A stretch of DNA of 64,000 nucleotides from Cyanobacteriota bacterium (GCA_046052125.1 JBJOMY010000004.1:32001-96000), one strand, 5' to 3'; counted from the stretch's first letter, positions 48,877 through 58,730 are shown. Notes: a model not told the origin generated them from the letters alone. Translations and numbers: made by a program.

Positions 48877-50096
48877 GGCTTCACAGGCGCAGCGCCAGGC
48901 GTTGCAGGTGCAGGCATCTTGCCCTTTGTTGGCGGTTGGGGTGAGCGGGCCAGCTGCCATTGCAGGGCCAGTTCCTGGCGCAGCCTTGGGCAGCTCTTTA
49001 GCGAGTCTGATGGGCTGGCGGCAATCAGGGCCCCCAGGGGATCGATGGCCACGCGCTCGCGGAGCAGCGCCGCGGCTTGGGGCTGTTCCAGCAGTTGTCT
49101 GAACTGGGCTCGGCGTTGGCTGAGGCTTGAGCGGATCTGCTCGGGTTGGCCGCAAAGCGCCTGCACCTGAGCCTCCAGAGGTGAGGGGCGGCGCAGCACA
49201 AGCCAGCTTCCCAGGCCCAGCAGGCCGCCGAGCACCAGCAGAACGGCGATGGGGCCGGCGTGTCGCCAGCCCATCCCTGGGCGGGAGGGGCGCTCCTCAG
49301 GGCCGTTCGCCAGGGAGCAGATCGCCAGTGAGACGTCGTCGCCACTGCCGTCTCGGGTGATCTGTGCCAGTCCCCGTTCCAGCTCGGCGCTGTCCTCCAG
49401 ATCCACCACCCCGGCGCAGAGGGCCAGGAAGTCGACATCGGTGGCGCAGGATTTGCGCACCCCATCGGTGCTCAGCACCAGGGCCCGCAGCGTCTGGTTC
49501 GCCTCCAGTAGCTGCAGCTGGGCGCGCGGCTGCCAGCACTGCTGATCCGGCGCTTGGCAGAGGCTGCCAGTGGCCTCACTACCGCTGTGCTCTGTCTCCT
49601 CGCTGAGGAGCCAGGCTTGCCCCTGCCCATCCACGCCGGCGAGATCCCAGTCGCCGATGCCGCTGCAGGCCCACCAGCGCGGCGCCAGTAGGGCCAACCC
49701 CAGGGTGCTGCCGTAGCTGAGAGCGGAAAACGGTTGCACGCTGGCCTCGGGGCGCTGCTGCCAGTCGGCTTCGATCGCTTGCAGCCATTGGGCCTGGATG
49801 CGGGCTGGTAGATCGCTGTTCAGTCGTTGCCGCCAGCGCTCCGCCTGGTTCAGGGGCGTGTCCTTCAGCAGGTCGCTCACCACCTGCTGCGCCACGGCGC
49901 AGGCCAGGGCGCTGCCCCGGTGGCTCAGGTGGTAACGGCTGCCGCCGTGGCCATCGGCCACGGCCATCAGTTGCAGGCTGTCGTTCCCCGAGTGGAGGGT
50001 GATGCCGAGGCTGGCGTCCTGGCAGGGTTTGTTCTGGCGCTGGTGGGCAGCACCGATCACACTGCACACCCGCGCCGGCCGCCAGTTGCCGCTCAC
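48873..50096 (-). CDS. PP2C-family (TerY-P/YegK-like) phosphatase with TM and C-terminal extension
   Basis: SVIGAAH..PCQDA, AVADGHG, GSTL, IGD, LSTDG, GDDVS; TM IAVLLVLGGLLGLGSWLVL. Confidence 0.9.
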   Translation of the reverse strand: MSGNWRPARVCSVIGAAHQRQNKPCQDASLGITLHSGNDSLQLMAVADGHGGSRYHLSHRGSALACAVAQQVVSDLLKDTPLNQAERWRQRLNSDLPARIQAQWLQAIEADWQQRPEASVQPFSALSYGSTLGLALLAPRWWACSGIGDWDLAGVDGQGQAWLLSEETEHSGSEATGSLCQAPDQQCWQPRAQLQLLEANQTLRALVLSTDGVRKSCATDVDFLALCAGVVDLEDSAELERGLAQITRDGSGDDVSLAICSLANGPEERPSRPGMGWRHAGPIAVLLVLGGLLGLGSWLVLRRPSPLEAQVQALCGQPEQIRSSLSQRRAQFRQLLEQPQAAALLRERVAIDPLGALIAASPSDSLKSCPRLRQELALQWQLARSPQPPTKGKMPAPATPGAAPVKP

Positions 50097-50836
50097 CACA
50101 CCAGCGGGCCGACGTCATCGCTCGGATCCAGCAGGGTGGGAGGAAGATCCGGCAGGTGGATGTTGCTGCCGCTTTCTGGGCTGGGTTCTCCCGCCGGTGC
50201 CACGCGGCTGGCCGGCATGGATGCCGCACCCACCACGGCCGTGGAGGCCCACTGGATGTATTGCGCCAGGGTGGTGGCGTTACTGGCCTGCAGCGGCCGC
50301 CGTGGCGATTTGCTGCGCCCGCTTGGTTCCGGGCCGATGAACTGCTGCAGCACCTCCAGATCCGCGTCATGGCCCATGGCGATCGCCAGGCGCACCGCCT
50401 TTTGGGCCCAGGGACGGCGCATCAGGTTCGCCAGGCCCGCTTCGAAGTCGTCGGTGGGTTGGCCATCGGAGATCAGCACCAGCACCGGTGGGAGCGCCCG
50501 CTCTTCCATGGGCGGCGACTGCAGCGCCTCGGCCACGAGGTTCAGCGCATCGCCCATGGCGGTGATGCCTCCGGCCTCGAGGTCGCGCCACTGCAGCTGC
50601 TGCACTGGTGTGGGCTCCGCCAGGTGCCAGGCCGCCTGATCGGCAAAGCGCACGGCCCGCACCAGCACGCGCGCCTCAGGGTTTTCGCGGGCCACCTCAG
50701 CCATGCCCGGCAGCGACTGGCGGATGGCCTGATTCAGCGCCTGCATCTTCCCCTGGGCGGCCATCGAGCCGGAGCAGTCGCAGAGATAGATGAAGTGCAG
50801 CGGCCGGTTGCTGAGCCGAACGTTGGGGAAGGCCAT
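50093..50836 (-). CDS. terY: TerY-like vWA domain protein
   Basis: RPLHFIYLCDCSGSM (MIDAS DxSxS), GITAMGDAL, LISDGQPTD. Confidence 0.9.
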   Translation of the reverse strand: MAFPNVRLSNRPLHFIYLCDCSGSMAAQGKMQALNQAIRQSLPGMAEVARENPEARVLVRAVRFADQAAWHLAEPTPVQQLQWRDLEAGGITAMGDALNLVAEALQSPPMEERALPPVLVLISDGQPTDDFEAGLANLMRRPWAQKAVRLAIAMGHDADLEVLQQFIGPEPSGRSKSPRRPLQASNATTLAQYIQWASTAVVGAASMPASRVAPAGEPSPESGSNIHLPDLPPTLLDPSDDVGPLVW

Positions 50837-50839
50837 GGC

Positions 50840-52174
50840 TTAGGGGCGCAGCACCAGGATGGGCCCGGCGCTGCTGTTGAGCTGCTGCAGGGCCGAGAGA
50901 TTACAGGTTTTGCCTGGGGCCAGCTCGATGTGCTGCCCTGTGCGTGTCGATCCGTGCCAGGTGCTGGAGGTGAGGTTCTGCAAGCCCAGCAGGCTCGGAT
51001 CGCTGGGATGAGCCACCAGCCTGGCGAGCGGCGTTGCGATCGCCTCCCCCAGCAGCGGATCGAAGTGGTGGGGGTGCAGTTCGTTGCCGGCCGCCGCCGT
51101 GACCCGCCCGTGGGGCAGCTGCAGCTGCAGCGCTGCCGGTAGCGGAGTGCCGCAGCTCCAGCAGCTCCCTGGGCCCTCGGGGTTGGGAAAGGTTTCCTGG
51201 CCGCAGTGGCCGCACAGTTGCCGTTGATCGAGGCAGTGGCTGATCGCCTGCTTCCACTGGCCGGTGAGGGTGCGCTGCTCCGGGTTGCGCAGGCCGGGCC
51301 CGAAGCTCTGCACAAACAGCCGTTGCAGCGCTTCGGGGTAGATCGGCCAGGTGATCAGCGCTGCACTGTGCTCGATCGGATCGGGCCGGTTGGCGGGGTT
51401 GTGGGGATCGAAGATGAACAGCGCCCCTTCTCCGTAGATCCGGCGGCGGGCTGGTTCATCCAGGCAGCGAATCGCCAGTTCTCGCTGGCCGCGAAACGGA
51501 TCGTGGCGCGTCAGCAGCCGGAAGAGCAGCACCGCCAGGGAGAACAAATCGCTGCCGGTGCTCGGTCTGGCCTGGCCGAGCAGCACCTCCGGAGCCATGA
51601 ATCCAGGGGTGCCGAGCACGCTTCCCTGGCCCTGCCCGTCGATATCCACGTTGTCGTTGTCGCAGATCAGGATGCGGCCGCTGCTGTGCTCGAGGAACAG
51701 GTTGCCTAAGGAAATGTCCTTGTAGCAAAGGCCTTTGAGGTGCAGCTGGTGGAAGGCTTCCGCCAGGTGAAAGCAAGCCCGCAGCACGCTCTGCAGGCTG
51801 ATCTCCAGCTCACCGCCAGCGTGCTGATGGGCACCCACGAAGCCGCCGGGCCGCAGGCCCATCAGGTAGCCGAAGCCCGTTTGAGGGCCCTGAATGAGGC
51901 GCTGGCTGTCGGCGCTGGCTGAAAGCACCGCCAGCGGCCAGAGGAAATCGGCGTTCGGTGCCCCCAGGCGAATGCTCTGCTGCAGCCTTGAGCGCAGCTG
52001 CGGATCCCTGGCGATGCACGCCGGGAAGTACCACTTCAAGGCCAGTCGCTCGCCCGCCAGCTTCACCGCATACACCTGGCCCTGGCTGCCTCCTCCGAGG
52101 CCCTGCTCAATCAGCAGTGGCTGCTCCAGGCCTTCGAACTGCAGGCTTGAGCCTTCCGGGAGCAACCAGTTCAT
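50840..52174 (-). CDS. TerY-P-type Ser/Thr protein kinase with C-terminal Zn ribbon
   Basis: LGGGSQGQVY, ALKWY, YKDISLGN, CDNDN, GTPGFMAPE, DLFSLAV; CGHC...CWSC. Confidence 0.92.
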   Translation of the reverse strand: MNWLLPEGSSLQFEGLEQPLLIEQGLGGGSQGQVYAVKLAGERLALKWYFPACIARDPQLRSRLQQSIRLGAPNADFLWPLAVLSASADSQRLIQGPQTGFGYLMGLRPGGFVGAHQHAGGELEISLQSVLRACFHLAEAFHQLHLKGLCYKDISLGNLFLEHSSGRILICDNDNVDIDGQGQGSVLGTPGFMAPEVLLGQARPSTGSDLFSLAVLLFRLLTRHDPFRGQRELAIRCLDEPARRRIYGEGALFIFDPHNPANRPDPIEHSAALITWPIYPEALQRLFVQSFGPGLRNPEQRTLTGQWKQAISHCLDQRQLCGHCGQETFPNPEGPGSCWSCGTPLPAALQLQLPHGRVTAAAGNELHPHHFDPLLGEAIATPLARLVAHPSDPSLLGLQNLTSSTWHGSTRTGQHIELAPGKTCNLSALQQLNSSAGPILVLRP

Positions 52175-52890
52175 GCCGGGGCGGTGCTGTCCTGGCCGAT
52201 GGCCTGACGGATGCCATTGCGATGCGCGAGGGCCGTGCGGCGGTTGGCGAAGCCATGGCGGAGGGCACGGCCATCACGCAGCACCAACACCAAGTTGTGC
52301 TCCTTGCGGGAGCCCAGCAGGATCCAGCCAGCCAGGGCTCCCGCCTGTAGCGGCCAGAACAGCAGCGGGAACGGCAGTAGCAAGAGGCCACCCAGGCAGA
52401 GCAGCAGCCACCAACTGAAGATGTGGGGATGCTGAGGCAGGCTTTGCACGGCCGCCGAGCGGATCTCGGCGATGGCCACTTGGCGCTCGCCCACGCTGAT
52501 GCTGCGCGGAGCGCTGGCTGAAGGAGGCGCGCTCGCGCGGGGCGCCTGGCTTGGCTTGGGAGCAGCTGGCTCAGGGCTGGCGCTGCACTCGAACACCAGC
52601 ACCGGACCGTTGCGCCCCAGCCGAATCTCATCGCCATCCTCGAGCCGGCGGCACTGACGGACTTGCTTGCCCTCGAGGAAGGTGCCATCGCTGCTCTGCC
52701 AGTCGCACACCAGCCAGCCCTGGCTGCGCGAGAAGCGCACCACGGCGTGGTGATCGGAGACCCCCTCGAGGCTGGCCAGGCAGAGGCGGTTGGCCGCAGC
52801 GCGCCCGATCGTGAGCGGCTGAGCCGGATCCAGCGGTGCCACCTTGCGGCGATCGCTGGCCAGCAGGAGCCGGGCGCTCGGGCTGCTCAT
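52171..52890 (-). CDS. FHA-domain membrane protein
   Basis: TIGR, VSDHHA, SSDGTFL, DGDEIRLG; two C-terminal hydrophobic segments. Confidence 0.88.
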   Translation of the reverse strand: MSSPSARLLLASDRRKVAPLDPAQPLTIGRAAANRLCLASLEGVSDHHAVVRFSRSQGWLVCDWQSSDGTFLEGKQVRQCRRLEDGDEIRLGRNGPVLVFECSASPEPAAPKPSQAPRASAPPSASAPRSISVGERQVAIAEIRSAAVQSLPQHPHIFSWWLLLCLGGLLLLPFPLLFWPLQAGALAGWILLGSRKEHNLVLVLRDGRALRHGFANRRTALAHRNGIRQAIGQDSTAPA

Positions 52891-53162
52891 GGTTCACCCC
52901 GGCGGCGGCGCCACCACAGGCGCCAGTCGTCGCGGAGGTCGTTCCACCAGCCGCCATCACCCTCGCGGTAGGGCACCACACGGCCAGGAAAGAGCAGCGC
53001 TTTGCTGGCTAGGGCCAATGCAATGAGCACCATCACCAGCAGCACCCAGCCAGGGATGGCCCCCACCCAGGTGGCGGCGAAGAACGCCCGAATTGCATAC
53101 AGCCCGATCGTTAACGCCAGCCACAGCCGGAAGGGTTCCCAGGGGTCCCGCTGGCGCAGCAA
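52887..53162 (-). CDS. Small 2-TM protein with Trp/Arg-rich tail
   Basis: Two hydrophobic segments, tail WWNDLRDDWRLWWRRRR; stop overlaps FHA ATG (ATGA). Confidence 0.7.
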   Translation of the reverse strand: MLRQRDPWEPFRLWLALTIGLYAIRAFFAATWVGAIPGWVLLVMVLIALALASKALLFPGRVVPYREGDGGWWNDLRDDWRLWWRRRRGEP

Positions 53163-55483
53163 CGATCCGCTTGAAGGCTGGCCGTAGCCTATGGCCGGGC
53201 TGCAACACCCGCCTGGTTACCCCTTCTCAGCTCGAATACCTGAAGGCGCGCTTGGCCTCGGAGGAGGTGCGTCAGGCCTGGCGTGCGTTGGCCAAGGCGG
53301 CGCTGCAAGGACCCTGGCGGCAGCGGCCAGCGGCCATCACCCAGGCCTGGCAACCGCTGCGCGCCCATCAGGCCAGCGTGGAGCTCTGGGCCGGCGGCCA
53401 GAAGCTCACCGAGCTGGCGCTCGAACCCCAGCGCTACAGGCTGGGCCGCGATCCTTCCTGCGATTTGCCCCTGGCGGAAGCCGGCTTGAGCCGTGTGCAC
53501 GCCATCCTCGAGAAGCAGCGCCCGAGCGATCGCGAGTTCGCGCTCGAAGATTTCAACTCCGCCAATGGGCTGTTCCACCGTGACCGCCGGATTCGCTGGA
53601 TTCAGCTCCGCGATGGCGATGCGGTGCGACTGGGCTCTCCCCTCAAGGGCGAGGCACCGGAGCTGCGCTATCGCCACCCCCGCAGCCCGCTGGAGCAGGC
53701 GGTGCATCTATTGGGTGTTGCAGCCCTAGCTGGATCCACGCTGTTGGTGAGCGGCATGCTCGTGGCGGCGAGCATCGGCGGCGGTTCGAAGATCCGCTCC
53801 ATCTCGGGCCCGGTGAAGATCTTTTCGGCCGACCGCCGCCAGATCGATGCCAAAGAGGGATCCTCTACGGCTCTTCCCTCGCTGCAGTCGTATCCCCTGC
53901 ATCTGCGCCAGGCGCTGATGGCTTCCGAGGAAGCTCGCTTTGGCTGGAACAGCGGCATCGATCTGTTTGGCACGCTGCGCTCAGCTCTGCTGGGTACAGG
54001 CGGCGGCAGTGGCCTCACTCAACAGGTGGCCCGGATGGTGTATCCGGAGGTGGGTCGAGATCTGAGCCTCACGCGCAAGTTGCGGGAGCTTTGGGTGGCG
54101 CTGCAGCTGGAGGTGGGCTTCAGCAAAAACCGGATCCTCAAGCTTTACCTCGATCGCGCTTACCTCGGCCTGGGCAGTGAGGGGTTTGAGCAGGCCTCGC
54201 AGCTGTATTTCCGCAAATCAGCCAGCGATCTCGATGTGGGTCAGGCGGCGTTTCTCGTGGGCCTGCTGCCCAGTCCCAATGGCTACAGCCCCTGCAATCC
54301 AGAGGATCCCGGCGCCGGCCTGGAACGGCGCAATCTGGTGCTCAAGCTGATGCATGAGCAGGGTTGGCTCAGCGATCAGGCCCTGATCGATGCGCAGCGG
54401 CGCCCACTCAACATCGATCCCTCAGCCTGCCGCGAATCCACCTTCAGCAGCTATCCCTTCTTCAGTGATTACGTGCTGGGGGAGCTCGAAGGCACACGCT
54501 TTGGGCTTGATCTCAGCAGTGCTGATGCCGATGGCAATTACGCCGTGGTCAGCACGATCAACCCCCGCTTGCAGCAGCTGGCGCAGGATCAGCTCAAGCG
54601 CTTTCTCGAAGGGCCAGCCGCTGCAGCCGGGTTGAGCCAGGGAGCCCTGATCACGGTGAACACCGAAACCGGCGACATCGTGGCCTACGTGGGTGGGGGC
54701 GACTACAGCCGCTCCAGCTTTGATCGGGTGCAGGCGCTCCGCCAACCCGGCTCCACGTTCAAGCTCTTCCCCTATCTGGCGGCCTTGGCGGCCGGGGCCT
54801 CACCCGCTGATCCGATCTCCTGTGCGCCGCTGGCCTATGTCGCGGGTTGCCGTCACGGCGGCGGCAGCACCTCCATGGCGGATGGCCTGGCCTTCTCGGA
54901 AAACGTGGTGGCCTTGCGCTTGGCGGAGCGGGCCGGGTTCTCAGCGGTGCTCAAGATGGCGCGTCGCCTCGGCATCTCCACACCGCTGGACGCCGACTAC
55001 AACACCATGCTGGGTGGGCGCGAAACCTATCTCTACGAGCTGGCCCGGGCCTACGCGGTGGTGGCCAACGGCGGCCGTTCCGTGCCGATGCACGGTGTCA
55101 GCCGGATCTACGACCTGGGGATCTGTGGCTCGATCAAAAGCCTGGAGACCTGCCCGGAGCGTGGCGTAACCGTGCCGATTGGCGAGCAGTCGCGCCAGCT
55201 GATCAGCCCAGAGGTGGCGGCCAGCATGGATGAGCTGCTCGCTGGGGTGGTGCAGCGCGGCACAGGCCGTGCCGCAGCCCTGGTGCCCGATGCCCGCGGT
55301 AAGACCGGCACCACCAACAACGGCGTGGATGTGTTGTTTGTGGGCTACTCCCCAGCCAGCAAACTGCTCACGGCGATCTGGATGGGCAACGACGACAACA
55401 CTCCGGCTCAGGCCGCCAGTGGCGCTTTGGTGGCTGATTTGTGGGGGCGTTACATGCAGCAGGCCCCTACAGCAGCTCCTTGA
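53093..55483 (+). CDS. FHA-fused class A penicillin-binding protein (transglycosylase + transpeptidase)
   Basis: FHA (LGR, SRVH, NSANG), TM, GT51 motifs (SEEARF, GSGLTQQ, RKLRE), TP motifs STFK / SEN / KTG; true start probably about 53210-53270. Confidence 0.9.
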   Translation: MHTARSLTPATAGRVPRGPAGAATIRLKAGRSLWPGCNTRLVTPSQLEYLKARLASEEVRQAWRALAKAALQGPWRQRPAAITQAWQPLRAHQASVELWAGGQKLTELALEPQRYRLGRDPSCDLPLAEAGLSRVHAILEKQRPSDREFALEDFNSANGLFHRDRRIRWIQLRDGDAVRLGSPLKGEAPELRYRHPRSPLEQAVHLLGVAALAGSTLLVSGMLVAASIGGGSKIRSISGPVKIFSADRRQIDAKEGSSTALPSLQSYPLHLRQALMASEEARFGWNSGIDLFGTLRSALLGTGGGSGLTQQVARMVYPEVGRDLSLTRKLRELWVALQLEVGFSKNRILKLYLDRAYLGLGSEGFEQASQLYFRKSASDLDVGQAAFLVGLLPSPNGYSPCNPEDPGAGLERRNLVLKLMHEQGWLSDQALIDAQRRPLNIDPSACRESTFSSYPFFSDYVLGELEGTRFGLDLSSADADGNYAVVSTINPRLQQLAQDQLKRFLEGPAAAAGLSQGALITVNTETGDIVAYVGGGDYSRSSFDRVQALRQPGSTFKLFPYLAALAAGASPADPISCAPLAYVAGCRHGGGSTSMADGLAFSENVVALRLAERAGFSAVLKMARRLGISTPLDADYNTMLGGRETYLYELARAYAVVANGGRSVPMHGVSRIYDLGICGSIKSLETCPERGVTVPIGEQSRQLISPEVAASMDELLAGVVQRGTGRAAALVPDARGKTGTTNNGVDVLFVGYSPASKLLTAIWMGNDDNTPAQAASGALVADLWGRYMQQAPTAAP

Positions 55484-56582
55484 TCCTGGTGACCAGGGCC
55501 CAACCCAGTCCGAGCAGCAGACCCCACCCCCAGCAGCTGCTCAGCAGCCGTTGCCACGGGGTGGTTGGCTCCTGCGGATCGAGCCGCGGCAGTTGCCATC
55601 CCAGTTGCAGCGCCCCGTAGACCAGCAGCAGCACCCAGGCTGGGATTTCCAGCCCAACGCTCTCGAAGCTGAACGCACGCCAGTGCAGCAGGCTCAACCC
55701 CGCCGCCAGGGCGATCAAGGCGCTGATCGCTCCCGATGCACCACTCCAGACCCGCAGGACGCCCCAACGACTGGCGCCCAGGGCGGCCAGTCCAAGGCAG
55801 GCCAGGGCTGTGAGGCTGTAGCGCAGGATCACGGCGCCCAGCGGCAGGGGTGAGTTGCCCAGCAGGATGAGCAACAGCGTCAGGTTGAGGCTGGCTTCAA
55901 GCCCATTGCGGTGGATCCAGGCCTGGCTCAGCCATTGCCAGGCCTGGCGCGGCAGGCCGGCTTCATCGCTTGCCAGGGGCCAATGGCGCTTCAGTTGTTT
56001 CAGCGGCCCCAACGCCAGGGCTTGAATCAACCCCAGAACAACCACCAGCACCACCCCACCGCTCCAGCCCCAGGCGTCGAACAGGGCTCGATCCAGCTCG
56101 GTGCCGCTCCAGGCGAACACCAGAGCGCCTGCCGCCGCTAAGGCGATACCAGGTGCGAACAGCTCCAGATCCCTGCGGATGCTCCGGGAGCGCTTGGCTG
56201 CGGCACGAGCAGAAACCGCTTCAGCGGCGCTGGCCGGCTCAGGCTCTGGTTCGGTTGGAGGCTTTGAGGGTTGGGCGCCGCCGCTCTGCCCCGTGGCGGC
56301 TTGCAGCAGATCGAGGAGCTCGTGCAGTACCGCCGGGGAGTAGGTGTTGCTGAGTTGGCTCGTGAGGCTGGCCAAGGCCGATTGCTGCGTGGCTCCCTGG
56401 CTGTGGAGTGCTTGCAGCAGCAGAGGCTGAGCCGCTAGATCGCGGATGGGCCCCCGCAGGCTGTCGTTGGCCCCGAGCGCATCCATTAGCCGGTTGGTGA
56501 GGGCCCGCGATTGACGCAGGCTGCTGGCATCCGCCACCAGCCATTGGCGCACCTGTTCCCCCAGTTCGTGGCCGACGCCCAT
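55467..56582 (-). CDS. Rhomboid-fold membrane protein with soluble N-domain
   Basis: WQWLSQAWIH..N, SGASGA, IPAWVLL; about 6-7 TM; no TM6 His. Confidence 0.75.
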   Translation of the reverse strand: MGVGHELGEQVRQWLVADASSLRQSRALTNRLMDALGANDSLRGPIRDLAAQPLLLQALHSQGATQQSALASLTSQLSNTYSPAVLHELLDLLQAATGQSGGAQPSKPPTEPEPEPASAAEAVSARAAAKRSRSIRRDLELFAPGIALAAAGALVFAWSGTELDRALFDAWGWSGGVVLVVVLGLIQALALGPLKQLKRHWPLASDEAGLPRQAWQWLSQAWIHRNGLEASLNLTLLLILLGNSPLPLGAVILRYSLTALACLGLAALGASRWGVLRVWSGASGAISALIALAAGLSLLHWRAFSFESVGLEIPAWVLLLVYGALQLGWQLPRLDPQEPTTPWQRLLSSCWGWGLLLGLGWALVTRIKELL

Positions 56583-56607
56583 TCGTGCCTTCTCGCAGGC
56601 TCACACT

Positions 56608-56634
56608 AAAAAAGCGCCCCACAAGGGGCGCTTT
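56608..56634 (-). terminator. Intrinsic terminator after atp beta-epsilon
   Basis: AAAAAAGCGCCCC-ACAA-GGGGCGCTTT. Confidence 0.85.
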
Positions 56635-56655
56635 GAATCAGGAATCAGATGTGGT

Positions 56656-57060
56656 TCAGGCCTTGCTGGCTTGCACGCGAGCGCGAGCGCGGGCGAGTTC
56701 CTGCTGAGCCTTGATTTTTTCGGTGCTGGAGGGCTGACCCTCGAACTTGGCGAGAGCAGCGGTTGCGGCATCCAACTCCTTGCTGGCGGCCTCAGCGTTG
56801 ATGCTGCTGCCTAGTTCGGCAGCATTCACCAACACGGTGACTTCATCGGCGTCGACTTCAGCGAAGCCTGCCTGGAGGGCAATGGCTTTCCAGCCGTTGC
56901 CTTCACGCACCCGCAGCACACCGAAATCAAGGGCGGTGAGCAGGGAAACGTGACCGGGAAGGATCCCGAGCTGACCAGTGGTGCTGGGCAGGATCACTTC
57001 GTCGGCGGTGCCGTCGAAAACGCTCTGGTCAGGCGCCAGAACGCGAAGGGTGAGAGACAT
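56656..57060 (-). CDS. atpC: ATP synthase F1 epsilon (cyanobacterial atpE)
   Basis: LPSTTGQLGILPGH, GFAEV. Confidence 0.98.
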   Translation of the reverse strand: MSLTLRVLAPDQSVFDGTADEVILPSTTGQLGILPGHVSLLTALDFGVLRVREGNGWKAIALQAGFAEVDADEVTVLVNAAELGSSINAEAASKELDAATAALAKFEGQPSSTEKIKAQQELARARARVQASKA

Positions 57061-57076
57061 CGGTTAAGCCTCCGGA

Positions 57077-58537
<1,461 letters not shown>

Positions 58538-58703
58538 TTATGGGAGAAGTCGCTGGGGACGCAAAGCGGGAGTAGACCCGCTCCGAAGCGGCGCAACCTT
58601 ACCACTGCGTGCCATCCCCCCTGGGCGGTTCGGTTGGGTCACCGCTGCTGTTCGGTCACCCGCCCCCGCCAGCGCTTGAAGCTGCCTGGGTACGCCCAAT
58701 AGC

Positions 58704-58730
58704 TTGGCACTCACGGCAGGCGAGTGCTAA
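58704..58730 (+). promoter_or_regulatory. CIRCE element (HrcA operator)
   Basis: TTGGCACTC-N9-GAGTGCTAA upstream of groES. Confidence 0.95.

Noticed and set aside
47865..56607. Mobile element/genomic island call for the TerY-P locus
   Set aside because: No integrase, transposase, tRNA or flanking direct repeats seen, and composition looks like the host
58650..58665. K-box-like GTTCGG-TCAC-CCGCCC upstream of groES
   Set aside because: Only partial match to the consensus as I recall it; not supportable without alignment
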